Positions 39,101 through 53,711 of a stretch of 64,000 nucleotides of DNA are shown one piece after another. Source of the stretch: Octopus sinensis (lineage: Eukaryota); contig NC_043006.1 of NCBI RefSeq assembly GCF_006345805.1, positions 41,478,001 to 41,542,000 on the forward strand. The letters run 5' to 3'. The translations under genes and the position numbers were made by a program. Within the stretch, counting starts at the first letter, position 1, and each line of letters begins with the position of its first letter. The notes below the pieces were generated by a model. It searched no databases. It was not told the DNA's origin and saw only the letters and a program-made list of their open reading frames with translations.

Positions 39101-39380
39101 GTAAATATATATATGTTTTACATCAATATATTCCCCCAGGAATGATACCAATGTTATCTTCGAAACATATGTCGGATGTATAAAGATTTGAATAACACCT
39201 GCGTTTAATTCCATTTCTTAATTTATCTGTTACATAAAAGCATTTCATTAAACACGGGAACTTCTACCTTTTTATATAGGCTGTAACATACTTGGCACTT
39301 ATGTGAATTTCTGCTACCCTGGTAACTATTTATTCATTTTCCGTGTTATTTGTAAACATTGATATATTCATATATATATA

Positions 39381-39465
<85 letters not shown>

Positions 39466-39587
39466 CATCTACAACATACATACATACAACAGAAAGGGCC
39501 TTTCGTTTATCTATTTCTTTACTTATGATATATATATATTATATATATATATATATATATAATTATATATATATATATATTATATAT

Positions 39588-39950
39588 TATGTATCAAATG
39601 AAATAAAATGAAAAAGGACACGAAGGATTCGCGGTACATATGTTTCGCGCTTTATAGAACACTTATTCTTACATCAATGCATAATCGACATAACAGATAG
39701 TTCAAAACTTTCCCAGTGATACTCGGTTTACCTACCATTATAAACAATACCAAACGTTTTTTCTCAGACATTTCATAATGTGATACAAGTCTTTGGTGTA
39801 GCAATTGCATGCGGCTGAAGAGGGCTTTTGAACTATCTGTTATGTCGATTATGCATTGATGTAAGAATAAGTTGTTCTATGAAGCTCGAAATATATTTAC
39901 CGCGACATACTTTGTGTCCTGTTTTTCATTTTATTTCATTTGATACATAT
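39588..39950. mobile_element. Fold-back element, about 120 bp inverted arms (39588-39707 and 39826-39950), each with hammerhead remnants
   Basis: The arms are near reverse complements. The left arm on the minus strand reads ..GAAACatatGTA; the core CUGANGA is eroded to ttgatgta. Confidence 0.75.
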
Positions 39951-40015
39951 ATCCTCTCACCTATGCTACTAGCTGGCATATACAGGTGCTTACATTTATC
40001 AAGTATTCACCCTGA

Positions 40016-40056
<41 letters not shown>

Positions 40057-41606
40057 GATATATATGTGTGTGTGAATTGTTAAGGTGGTCATTCGCAATT
40101 TAGAACCCAAGGGCAACAAGAATAGTCGTCACTAAAGTGAAGAAGGGTGCTAGTGAGCACTAGCCTTGCTAAAAATAAGAATCAAAACACCTCTTAGCTA
40201 CCTGAAAGCAGTTTTCTAATGAATGACAAGGGAAACAAGCTCCCTCCCTACGACAAGCGAGATGGAGTCATATCAGCTCTGATTTCAGATTTGATTAAAC
40301 TTCATCATTGACCCATTACTCTGACCAATATACGCACATATGGATGGTTAAGCCTGTGTATATATACACATCTATTCTTCACTCTTGTATGTGTGTGTGT
40401 GTGTGTGTGTATGCGCGTGTGTGTTAGGGATTCAGCTACAGCTCTAGTCTCGCGAGTGAAATAAGAGCAATATTCAAATCATCAGCAAAAATCTACACTT
40501 CTTGTTGCATGTAGGGGACGTCATTACTCCAATTATAATAAACACACGCACTGGCTGAATTTCATTCATTTATTGTAAGTCAATTGATTAGTTATCTGAC
40601 CAACTAAATAATCGATCGCTTGTTTAATTTGTTGGATAAACAATGAAGCCATTGTTTGTCAAAGTCTTCTCATCGTTATTCTCGACCCCATTGATGTAAC
40701 TTGTCTTTTCCAGGTCTGTCTCGTGTCTGTCTGAGAATTAGTCCTATGTCTGTTCACATGTAAGCGTGTGGAGATGTCGAGGTATGGTTACACACATGCA
40801 CATATATACTCTTCCTTTATTCTCACATTTCAGTTCAGTAAATAACAACACCTTCTTATCTCTACACCCCTACATGTAAAGAGACACAGTTTGGGCTACT
40901 TCTTAGACAGATGTGGACAAGAAAGATCGTATTATTCATGAGGTTTCGAATAGCGATGAAAGGACTTTGACAAAAATTGATTGTTTAAGCAATATTATAC
41001 CCCAAACGATCGATAAGTTAAGGGGTTAGGTCACGAACCAACTGACTAAGAATAAAGTAGTGAAATTGTACCAGTGCGTGCTTTCGAAATTATTGGGGTA
41101 ATGAATCCAACCGATATACAACAAAAATATATTTCAACACACGAGTTCACATCAAGAATCTTACATACGAAGAATGAAGCGTAATCTACACCATTTATAG
41201 ACTAGTATATTCCCCCTTCGTTTACAAATTATACACGCACACACATATATACAAATGCATAAATATGTCTATACACGCGCACTATATATATATATAAATT
41301 CATACATACATGCTTACACATACACCTACCCCCCATATATATATATATACACATATTTTAAATAAACCTTAAGAAATAATAATTATTCCAGGTTATCAGG
41401 ATATTTACTATTTTACACTTTACTAATGCAAAGCAAACAGTATCAATTATAATATTATTATTACAAATTTGGGATTTTACTAATAGGACCACAACTTCAG
41501 TTTCAGGACAATCTTATTCACATACATACATATGCATAAATACGCTTATATATGAGCGTGTATATATATATATATACATACACAGGCACACACACACACA
41601 CACAAA

Positions 41607-41672
<66 letters not shown>

Positions 41673-42255
41673 ATATATAATTATATATACAAGGGAGAGG
41701 GGGAGAGAGAGAAAGATGGAGATTCGGTTCTAGTGGATTCCGTACGGTATGTTGAGGTCTACATCAATAGAAATAAAAATAACAAGAGTTATAGCGCCAA
41801 AGAAGAACATTGAAAATGCCTATAATAGAAGATACATAACAGTGTTAATATCTGAGAGAATATCGTGTATACCACGTAGCAAAGCAAAAGAAAAATGGGA
41901 TACGGATATTGCCTAGATTTTCTACACGATATAACTGCGATAATCTACAGCGCCGAGAATAATGTTTGTGACTGTTGAATATCTCTAGCAGGATGGCAAG
42001 ATCTATTGATAAAACAGAATGAAACTTGAGAAAGGACGAGAAAGAAAGAGTGAGAGAGGGGGGAAGTAGTGAAAATGAGTGAGATAATTCTTATTGCTGG
42101 TGCGCAATTACGACGTTCAACCGTGTCTGTTTCCACTGATAGAACAGACATACAGTGATACACATACATAGACATGTACACACAGAAACATACAGACACA
42201 CATACACATATATATACCTGCATACATAATATAGCCCTTCTAAAATATACATACA

Positions 42256-42307
<52 letters not shown>

Positions 42308-42331
42308 CAATATATATAATATATTATATAT

Positions 42332-42372
<41 letters not shown>

Positions 42373-42373
<1 letters not shown>

Positions 42374-43662
42374 GAGGGGCGTTCATAAGTAATACCCGTG
42401 ACCCACTTCCCATAGCAGTAGAGCAACGAAACTTGGCACAGTTATTAGTCTTTTTCTACATAGGAACCACTCAGAGTTACGCATTTCTCCCATCGTTTGA
42501 TGCATCTCTGAAGACCGTTTTTGTAGAAGACCCCAGCTTGGTCCTCCAACCACGACGTGACTTCAGAAATCAAGGCTGCATCATCTGGGAAACGCTTTCC
42601 TTTCAAAAACAACTTCATGGCTGGGAAGAGGTCAAAATCAGAGGGTGCAGGTCAGGAGAGTCGGGAGAATGGGGGATGAGTTCTTAGCCGCACGCCTGTG
42701 CTTCTGATCTGGCGACACGCGAGTTGTGGATCGGAGCGTTGTCCTGCAGGAGGAGGATGCCTTTGCTAATCTTGCCCCGTCTCTTGATTTTGATAGCTTC
42801 TCTTAATTTCCTCAAAAGTGAAGCATAATAGACTCCTGTAATTGTGGCACACTTTGCCAGGAAATCTGTCATCACTACTCCGTCCTGGTCCCAGAAGACT
42901 GTGAGCATGACATTGCCAGCGGAGGGCTGCACCCTTGCCTTCTTTGGAGGAGGTGAGTCACGGTGCTTCCCCTGCATTGACTGGGCTTTGGTCTCTGGAT
43001 CATAGTGATGGACCCAGGTTTCATCCTGTGTAATCAGTCTTTTGAAAAATTTTGTCTCATCTTCTTGGCACATCTTCAAATTCATCCTCGTGCAATGGAC
43101 GCGTTCTTGCTTCTGGAAAGGTGTGAGCAGCCTGGGAATCCATCTGGCAGACACCTTTTGCATATGCAAATGGTCATGAATGATAGTTTCCACAGACCCG
43201 GTACTAATCTTGACCTCATGGGCTATTTGGCGAATAGTTATGCGTCGATCTTCCCAAATGGCAGCCTCAACTTGACGGACAGATGCCTCATCAATGGCAG
43301 AAGGGGGCGACCAGATCTGGGAGCTGTTTCCACAAAGTTCCGACAATGTTTGAATTCACGATGCCAGCGTTTTACAAGGTCATATGATGGGGCATCATCA
43401 CCATAAGTTACTTTTATTTCATCAAAAGTCCCCCGTGGTGTGCGTCCTTTCAAATACAAAAACCGCATCACTGCTCGACACTCAACAGGCTCCGTTTCAC
43501 ACTTAACTCAGTTCAAACACCTGTAAATCAGAAACCACAATTAGTTCAGAGCTGTAATTTACCACTTAATCTATAGAGATATAAATAATTGCACATGCAA
43601 AATTTCAGCTAGATCAAACAACTGCAAGTGGGTCAGAGGCATTACTTATTGAACGCCCCTCG
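42373..43662 (-). mobile_element. Near full-length D34D mariner (irritans/Hsmar2-like), non-functional as sequenced
   Basis: About 36 bp TIRs cgaggggcgttca(a)taagtaat...gacccactt, inserted in (TA)n. WIPRLL, ITQDETWVHHYDPE, LLLQDNAPIH, SPDL.PSD with 34-residue spacing. Lesions: start ATG>ACG (43493-43495), frameshift near 43305, stop at 42684-42686, frameshift near 42645. Confidence 0.95.
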
Positions 43663-43668
43663 TGTATA

Positions 43669-43708
<40 letters not shown>

Positions 43709-43816
43709 GATTAGAGGTGGTGTTAAGTTCTTCAAGGGAGGGTTTCATCCGAGGAAATATTGGTTCAGTACTTAGCTTCGTTTTGGGGGGGGGGATTAAT
43801 TCCTTAAAATAATAGG

Positions 43817-43901
<85 letters not shown>

Positions 43902-44077
43902 ATATAGATTATATTCATAGGAAAGAAGAAACAAATACTGAGTTTATATTAAGTAAATATTAAATTTACATTTATATGACCTGAGTATAATATATTCAGA
44001 GAGAAAAAAAACCCTGGATGTTTTATATGTGTTTATGAATTCATTATACCAGATATCTTCCATGTGAATGGTAATAC

Positions 44078-44121
<44 letters not shown>

Positions 44122-44301
44122 TATATATATATATATATAATATATAATATATATATATATATATATATAATATACATATATAACTTTAATATTTATTTAA
44201 TATTTACTGAATATTAATTGAAACAGCTGTAAGTGAAGATGTTTATTTTTTTAATAATTATTATTCACATTCCAATCTCCATTTTCTTTTTCTTCTCTCT
44301 G

Positions 44302-44334
<33 letters not shown>

Positions 44335-47300
44335 ATAATATATATACATATAGGAAAAATGCACTGAGAATATTTAAAATATTATTTATTATTATATTTA
44401 ATGATTTAACCGGTTTCACAGTTTACACTGACTTTCAAAAATTTGAAATATCATAGAAAGACATGGCTTATATCGCAGAAGGAAAAAAATGGAGAAGCAG
44501 TGATAACTATAGAAGTGATTTAATGATAAGTTTTAAAATCATGTACCAGCATTATCAATTCAGTTAAGCTGAATCTTCACATCTACAGTTACTTATATTT
44601 AGTCAATACTTGGTCATTGACTAAATATACTCGGTCGTTGCTATGTGCCGGTAAAAATATTTATTAATCACGCACATACCTTAAAAATTGTTGAAAGGGA
44701 AAATCTTATTCTAAATTCTGTGTTGCGTTGTATCTATCTGTCTTTTTGTCTGCTGGGGAAAACAGAAACTCACACACACGAACAGCCCAGAAAATGATTA
44801 TATATATATATATATATACATATATAATTACATCACGGATGCAGCACGGAATTTTGTCAGTGAACAGGTCGCGATCTTAAAGCGACGAAAATATTTTGAC
44901 AAATTAAACTTAAATGTTGAAGTGAATCGAACGGCTTTTGTGTGTTTCTTAAATGGCTTACAAACACCTTCCACGGTGCAGTTGTTTTCGTTTCAGCACA
45001 CGATCTCAGATCAAATCACTTGCTATGCATGTACATCTCCGTAATATATAAATATATATAGCCTTTTTGAGAAGTCAGTGTCTTGTGTTGAGAGATTTGC
45101 ACTTAGAATTCCCACGTTTTTAATCAAACCTTCTTAGTTACTATAGTAACAACACTATTTATTTATCTTTCTATTATGCACAAATGCGCGTGCGCGGAAA
45201 CACATAATCTTGCTATCTCACCCTCCCCTTCTTTTTCTCTCCCTTTCTCTCTCTTTAAAAAACAAAATTTTCCTCCTGCCCTTCTAAAAATACATTAGGA
45301 CGTATATTTTGATTCCTCCCCTTCTATCCCTTCCTCTAATAGATCCAAGACGGACAGACTGATGGAGATCTGATTCTCTTTTATTATATCTTAAAATCGG
45401 GACCTATCAGATATTAACTGTTGCTGTTGCTTCTGTTTAGCTTCAAGCTGGTTCTGATCGGGCAGGTATTTGACCATCGCGAATATTTTTTATCTAAATG
45501 TCTTCGTTTTCTTTTAAATTCCTAGAATATGATAAGAGAAAGATTTGGCTGTTATTTCTATCCGGTCAAACAGAAACGTAGAGTTTACATCATTAATTAC
45601 AAAACGCTAACGTATACTGCAGTCTATAACCTTCTAGGTTGCACTTCCACAGCAGACCAAAAGCTACGAATATTGTAATTGAATAGTAATAATATGAAAC
45701 TTCATAACGCCTGGAACCTAGCTCATTTTCTGTTTCAAATTTCCTATTTTTCTGTAGTAAGTGTAACTGAAACGATAAAGTATAACTTTTGCATTTGTTT
45801 TCATGTGATCAATTATGGACCTGCTACAATATTTTCGTCCTGTACCAGTTGTGAGAAATAGTTTTGCAATATGATATATCTTCAGTGTTTTTGTGTATGA
45901 GTTGTCTCATGTAACTGTTTCTTGTAGTTATTTGGAAGATGGTTATTTAGAGTGAGATATGAATTGAAAGTTATTTTTATGAATGCCATGGATACTGCAC
46001 TTCAGTGGAAACGTGATACGAACCAATGAACATTTTGTTGATTGCTTTTGTCTGTGTAACCCATTTGCTAAAACACTGAAAAAGCAAAGAAACGTTATAT
46101 TTACCTCTTATATCGTTCATAAGCAGAGTAGATCGCCTGACTATTTCAATTGAATTGGATACTGTATGTGAGCGCTGGATAATTGTATCAATGGACGTAT
46201 ATGTGAAAATGAAAGTTTCAATGTTTACGTTTCTCAAGAAAAGATGACGAATGAGACAGTTGATATATTACTGGATAACCAACGGAGTTGTCAATTATTG
46301 TATACTTGCTCTTGGTGCTACTTGTGTCCGTGCTCAAATCACTTACCTCTTAAATGGCTAAGTCTATCTAGTTCAAAGTAAATAGCACGTGTGATATAAC
46401 ACACCGTTAAAGGTTGTTAAATCATAAAGAAATTGATGATGATTAATTGACTTGCTATCCCGCGTTCAAATTCATTTTCTTCCTCCTCTTTAAACGCTTC
46501 ATTGAGACCTAGTTTCTTATTTCATACATCGTTTTATTCCGGAACAAGGTTAATCAACAGTAAACATAAGAACAACACTGAAATCTGAGTAGAAAGTAAT
46601 AAGGGGATATAACAAAGTCAGTTCAAGAAAGTTTATAAAAAATCATGTTAGTATGCCGTGAGGGAAAATATAATCTGACATCTCGGAAAATTACTATAAA
46701 GAAGTGAAATAAAATGATTTCTAGAAAGAGAAATCCAAACTGTGTCACAGTACGAACTCCACAGGAGATTGTCTCTTACTAATAACCAATTGCAGTGTAG
46801 AGCATCGCAAGATTCATTTTAGCTCTTCTCTGCTCTGTCCCACAAGAACTTATACATTAACCTTTACTAATGGTTAATGTATTACAGCAACAATAAACGC
46901 GAGGCCTTCTTAACATCTGAATTTCTATTAACTCTTCTTTCTGCTGAATCTTTTTTTTCTATTTCTGTATGAATTAAGGTTTTGCATATTATATTGAAAT
47001 CAGAAATTTGTTTCCACTTGCGGCAAATAATTAATGTAGATTAGTGACTGGCGTCTTGATCGAGATACCCATGGAGTTAAATTTTGGACTTAAATTAAGC
47101 TCTGGTTAAAAAAACGAAAAAAATCTATACAATAAAAATGTTAAAAGTCTCAATAAAAACGAAAGATATGAAATTAGTGGAGTATGTTGTCAAAAGAATT
47201 TTGATTAGCTAATTAATATTAATAATAGCTATTAAAATGATCATTCTTTAATTAATAACTCAATTATTTTTCAAAATGTTATCAAACAAGCCATAATAAA

Positions 47301-47465
47301 GTTAAGAAATGTATTTGAGAACAGAATGTTTATTCAAGAAATATATATATATAGAAGTGAGTTGCTGGTGTCCCAAGGGAGAATAAGGAAATCAGTGTTT
47401 TCTATTGAAGAATGGATGAAGCTGAGATGAGGCGAACAAGGCAGAACACACAAACACACAATACG

Positions 47466-47696
47466 CCTATTTCTTTACTACCCACAAGGGGCTAAATACA
47501 GAGAGGACAAATAAGGACAGACAAACGGATTAAGTCGATTATATCGACCGCAGTGCGTAACTGGTACCTAATTTACGGACCCCGAAATGATGAAAAGCAA
47601 AGTCGACCTCGGCGGAATATGAACTCAGAACGTAACGGCAGACGAAATACGGCTACGCATTTCGCCCGGCGTGCTAACGTTTCTGCCAGCTCGCCG
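47466..47696 (-). mobile_element. SINE family B
   Basis: Reverse complement of the 13969 copy. Confidence 0.85.
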
Positions 47697-48439
47697 TCTT
47701 ATCACGCATTAGTTATTGTTTTTATTTTTGAACTTTTATATTTATTCTCTATAAATATCTATAGCTTGTTTTTTTAAGTTTTAAATTCACATTTCACTCC
47801 TTTCCTCGTATGTGTATAATACAACTGCCTCACCTCACACAATTTGTACGAAATTATTTATCGTTATTTGAATTTTATTATACATCTCTGAGTCCTTGCG
47901 GCTAATAAATTAAAAAGATATTATCCGTAGTATTATTGTTATTGCTGTTATTGTTCTTATTAAGTTTGTTGTTATACATGTTGCTCAAAATATATGCATG
48001 AGAAAAAAAAAATATTAGACGTTTGTTTGACATGGTTAAGCGAGTTATTTGTTATTCTGTGATTTAACAGAAAACAAGGACACACAAACACACACACACA
48101 CACATAATGTGCGCACATAATGAAGCGCACAAAGAAGTCGTATATATTTTTTCCCAACTTGAAAACAAAGCGAAAGACAGAAAGCAAATATAATTCGAAA
48201 TTTTCGTTAACTTTGAAGATTTATTTCCCTGCAAAACAAGACAAGATGTCCGAACTAATAGGATTAAATAGGGTTAATACAATAAAAGAAAGTTGAAAAA
48301 TAATTTACCTGACTGACTGCGCTTCCGCTATATTCTTTGATGATGTTCTTTTTTTAGTATTTTTTTTTTAAAGTAATCTATAATTTTCTCTTGGTGTTGA
48401 GGAATTTTAACTATTACATTCGTGTGGATGCATCTATAC

Positions 48440-48484
<45 letters not shown>

Positions 48485-50015
48485 ATACACCCCTCTGCAC
48501 ACGTCCGTATACGTGTGTGTAGTGATGTGTGCGTTTGTCTGCACGCCTGCGTTTGTAATTTTCTGCGTATGGAAGAGATTAGACCAGCTTTTCTTAGAGA
48601 AATTTTATTTAATTAGACATTTGGTAAAGAAGAAACCTACTACTACTACTACAACTACTACTGCTGCCATTGCTGCTACTACTACTAATACTAATACTAC
48701 TACTAGTGGTAATAGTAGTAATTGATATTTTTTTATGTAAGACAAGGGAATGAATCACTCGCTTCATTGGTGTCACAAACAATGGGATTGGCAAATAAAA
48801 TAACTTGAAATAAGAAATTATAAGTTTCTTGCTGCAAATGACGCTGTAGCTGCTTTGCTACAGCAATGGTTGTTATTATTGTTTAATTACTATTATTTTC
48901 CTATTTTCGGTTTCCCGTATACTCTGTATGAGTAAATTTCTCTATTTCTCATAATTTCGGTCATGGCGACACTTTACAATACACACCGTAGATTTAGGCT
49001 TTTGTTATTGTTACGTCGCAGATTCGGATGATCTCTACTCAACTCTCTCAACTTTTCTTCTACACTTTTCTTTTCTCTTTATTTGGCACCATGGCCACTA
49101 ACACAGAGTGGGACACTACAAGGAGAGACACAACACCACAGTGGGGACAATATACATAAAACACATGCGGATGAATATTATATAAAAATGGAAAAAATGA
49201 AATGGCTGCATGGGCCCCACTCCATTTCTTCTTCTACTCCTGTCGTCCAGACTTCTCCCTCTATATCTACGTATTGGGCTAGTCTACTTCATTGCCTGGG
49301 GGTGTCCACACAGCAGTTATTTAACCCAATGCCGATAATGATTGAGTAGATATATGACGTTGTCTTTATATGAAAGTCTATGGTGAGTTCTTGCCATGTT
49401 TAAAAAAAAATGTTAAATCATTATATAGACAGCAGCACATCGGACCGTCCGCAGTTCTCGGGTTGCTTCGGACAATTTTTGCTGTTTGCTACATACGAAT
49501 AGGTTACTAGACTTTAGTTCAACCATACACCATTCCATAGAGGGAAAAAAACATTATGAGGTGTTTCCCAGCTAACCATTCATAGAAGAGCGTATCTAAT
49601 TTTAGAGTATGTGGGAAAAACAAATCTACTTTACACGGTTCTTCTTTGTCGACCTTAGACTGGCGAAATGTAAAGCTTACCTCGGGGGCATATCATTTCA
49701 AAACACCAAGAACCGGAAAAGTTACTACAGGGTAGTTATCCAACGTTTTTATGATATTGATGATCAACCACGTTTTGTTTATTATAGTAGATTATTTTTA
49801 TTCAATTCAATATAGTTTTCTGGGAGATTTGGTTGATATGTTTTGCACATTGCACAACGATGCTGAACTTCTTTGGTTAGTTCGAATCAATTATATATTT
49901 TATCTCGAATAAAGGTATGGATTAGCTGTGTTTGTGTGGACAGTAATTTTAGGATGCATGCGGAACGAAAATTATTACAGGAACACGGAGGAAGTAACAG
50001 AGAAAAAATATTAGA

Positions 50016-50162
50016 TGTGTGGTTAAGAAACTGTCTTGCTGACAATGGAATCTGGGTTCAGTTCCACTGGGTGATACCTTGGACAAGTGTCTTCTACTAT
50101 AGCATCGAGTTGACCACAGCCTTTAAGTAGATTTGGTCGACAGAAACTGATATGAACCCGTT
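50016..50162 (+). mobile_element. SINE family A head
   Basis: tgtgtggttaagaaac...gggttcagttccactgggtgataccttggacaagtgtcttctactatagc. Confidence 0.75.
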
Positions 50163-51058
50163 ATATACCTACATACATACGTATACACACACGCGTGCGC
50201 GCACACAAGTATACACATGCACACACATACATACACACATATACGTGTATGCCTTTGGGGTTGCAATATGTCCCCTCCCTCCGAAGACTACTTCATAAAA
50301 ATAAATAAGTATTTGAGGCGATTTGTTGGACTAGATACTACAAGACAGTGTCACGGCGGCATGGCTCCTATCTAAGGACCACAAATGTCACAGCTAAATA
50401 TTACTAAAATAATAGTATAAACGAATAAAAGAAACGAAACCAAATCTCAAACGAATGAGTAAATTCGAAGACCAAAATATAACGTTTTCATAACTATTAG
50501 AAATCTCTGAAAATGTGATGGTTAAGCAACCGTCTGGCAATGACCACAGCTACTTGAATAATTCATGTCAAAAGCTGAATCAACTACAGAACATTCAAAA
50601 CATTAATTTATTAATTAAGCTCTCTAAGTAAGGTTTCAAAAGACCTATTTAAAATACGAACTTATACAGACACCCGCTAAGCTCACAGTGTCTTATGAAC
50701 TAATGAAACAGAAAATGAAACGACAGACAATCCAATATAACATTAATTTAGATAATTGAGCAAATCATGAAACAGCACATCAAAAAGACAGCTCAACTAC
50801 GCAGAAAATGTCTCATAGTACACGTGAACAAGGAAGAAGCCATTACCTGGTTGCAAGAGCTGCTAGAAATATCAGTTACGGTTCTCTTAAATTTTAATCT
50901 GCTGTTTGATAAGTATACTAAACAAAAGACTACATAGAGACCGTATCGAAATATGTAGAAGTTGGTCAATATGCGAAGCAAGGCAACGCTAGAACACTTT
51001 AGAACTTAAGCTCGCTTAATCTCTACTAACCAAATAACCAAGCAGCTTCAACATCCGT

Positions 51059-51230
51059 GGAGGCACAATGGCCCAGTGGTTAGGGCAGCGAACACGCGGT
51101 TTCGATTCCCAGACCGGGCATTGTGAGTGTTTATTTAGCAAAAATACTTAAGCTCCACGAGGCTCCGCTGGGAATGGGTGGTGAACGCCGCTGCACTCTT
51201 TCACCACAACTTTTTCTCACTCTTTCTTAC
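51059..51230 (+). mobile_element. SINE family C 5' part
   Basis: ggaggcacaatggcccagtggttagggcagcg (A-box)...gtttcgattcccagaccgggc (B-box)...aagctccacgaggctccg. Confidence 0.8.
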
Positions 51231-53525
51231 TACTTCTACCACAAAGCAGAGGAACCATGGTGTAACCCACTATGGTGTGGTAAACTTTCAGACTCTAGAT
51301 TACGAATCCTATGTACCCCAGGATGGTTCAGCTCTCCACCCGTTAAAAGCCGCCATTTACGGAATGAGAATAACAACGTAGCTTTCGCGCCCGTGCAACC
51401 GCCAGTCTATCACGTGTGGTGGGTAGATCTTCAAGTTGCCACACGCATTCTTAGTAGCTTAGAGTAGGCTCGAATTAGGGATTATTCTTTGTGTCTAATG
51501 GCGTGAGTCCTGATTGGAAGAAGAAGAAAAAGAAGACATCAACATCCTAGATAACTACAACGGCCGATAACCCGCCGTGAGACAATGAAGCAAAATATCA
51601 GACATCCTATAAAGTAACACATAAAATAATGAATCTTACGGCATTTTGTATTTTTGGCAATCATACAAATATGGCCTTGTAGGTCTCGACGATGAGTAAG
51701 TAATTGTTCAGTCAAATGGACTCACTTTCTATCCATTCAAAACTTCAGAGATCGCGTGGGTAAGTAGTTAGGCAAAAGGATTCACGATCGAAGACCCATT
51801 ACAATCATTCGTAGTTTGGAGGTGCGTGGGACATTACCGTTAAACAATCTGCTTCACTCTGAATGAAGGCAGCAGGACTAACTACTTATTGATAGGACCA
51901 AATACCTTCAAACATTAAGAGTAATACCTGCTGCTGAGGATTCCTCATTATTTCACTTTAACTTTTACATCTCATCCATAAACTCACCCACTCATATCAT
52001 TTTCAGCTTCTTTTTCGCACACACAATCACTCACATTCTCACCCTTCTCTCTCTCTCTCTCCTTCCCTCCCTCCCTCTCGCACAATCACCGACAGACATA
52101 CATTCACATACATGCACTCCTTCATTTCTCATTTTCTTTTACCTCAAGTTTTCATCTATATATTCTTCTTTTTCTAATTGCTTTTTGTGACGCCTACTTC
52201 GGTCGAATTATAAGGTAGAATTATCTCCCTTATCAGCGGAAATTGTATCAGCCAGACGACAAAAAATATCAACCAGACGCATCAACCAGACGACAAACAA
52301 AAAGTACTAGAAACTAAAACACCAAAAAAATGCAAAGGCAAAAATAATTCCCCACAACTTGATTTAGTGTTTTCGGTAAACAAGTAAAATAAAATCTGCT
52401 AGTTATTATTCCTTGATTGGAATGAAATTATTTATGAACAAAAACTAGCTGAAATGGAATATATATGCTGGTGCTGATAATCTAAATCAGAGAAAAAAGA
52501 TCTATGTAATATATAATGATAGGATGAATGGTGTTCTTGCAAAATATTTAATCGATGTCATTAAATGTAGGTCATCCATAAATTAAGGTACTGTGTGTAC
52601 TTTTAAGTCTATGTATGTTATGTGTTTACACAACATATTTCCAAGTATATCCGCATTTTGTACGTACAACCTTCATTCTGAAGACTTAATTTAAATTTCT
52701 ATGTTTTCTTGGCTCGAGTACATATCAGCTGTAGGCATTGACTGGTGCTTTTTTATGAATTGTTTTTTTTTTTATGTTGGCGTGGAGGCTTCACATCCTG
52801 CATAAATAACAAACGTCCAAGTGTATTTCGGATTCTGCTGCTATTAGGAAACCACAAATCTAGCATTTTCTTTCATTTTTTTTTGCAAGCTGTTAAAAGT
52901 TTTCTAAGGAAATTACGCTACAAAAAGAGAAAAAATTCAACATCCTAAACTATAAAACATGTAAGTTCATACACTGAATACAATATTAGTGAAAATGTTT
53001 CGAAGAGGCAGTAAGATGGGCGAAGTAGAATAGGCAGAGGAAGTATAATTTTTAAAAATATTATAAATACATGCATTGTTATAAACATTTAAATACACTC
53101 ACTTATACATACCGTATAAATAAATGTGAACTATTACTAGCTCGCTCAGCTGATAAATGTATTCCAACAGACGCCATAAAACAGCTAACAACATTTTATT
53201 ACTCAAAAAGTAATGCATTTAAATATAAGCCTTCTCTGTAACAAGCATACGTATAAGTTTACAGACACACACACATTCTTTGAAACGTTTATCGATTTCA
53301 ATTATTTTAGTTGCGGCCATTTTAGGGACAACGGTGCTGAAGGCTTTTGGTCGATTTTATTGACCATTGCGCTTTAGATTTTACTTAAAGTACCACATAA
53401 CAAACATGAAATAAAGCAGATTCATTCAACCGGAAATTGAGGTAATTGATAAATATGGTGATACCACAAAGCATTTTGTGCATCCACAACCAATGCACAT
53501 AAGAAACACATTATATACATATATA

Positions 53526-53690
53526 GGCGCAGGCATGGCTGTGTGTTAAGAAGCTTTCTTCCCAAGCACATGGTTCCGGTTTCAGTCCCACTGCGTGGCA
53601 CGTCGGGCAAATGTCTTCAACTATAGCCTCGGGGCAACCAAAAGCCTTGCGAGTGGATTTGGTAGACGGAAACTGAAGGACGCACGTCGT
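53526..53690 (+). mobile_element. SINE family A head
   Basis: ggcgcaggcatggctgtgtgttaagaagctttcttcccaagcacatggttccggtttcagtcccactgcgtggcac. Confidence 0.85.
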
Positions 53691-53711
53691 GTATATCTAT
53701 TTGTATGTCTG

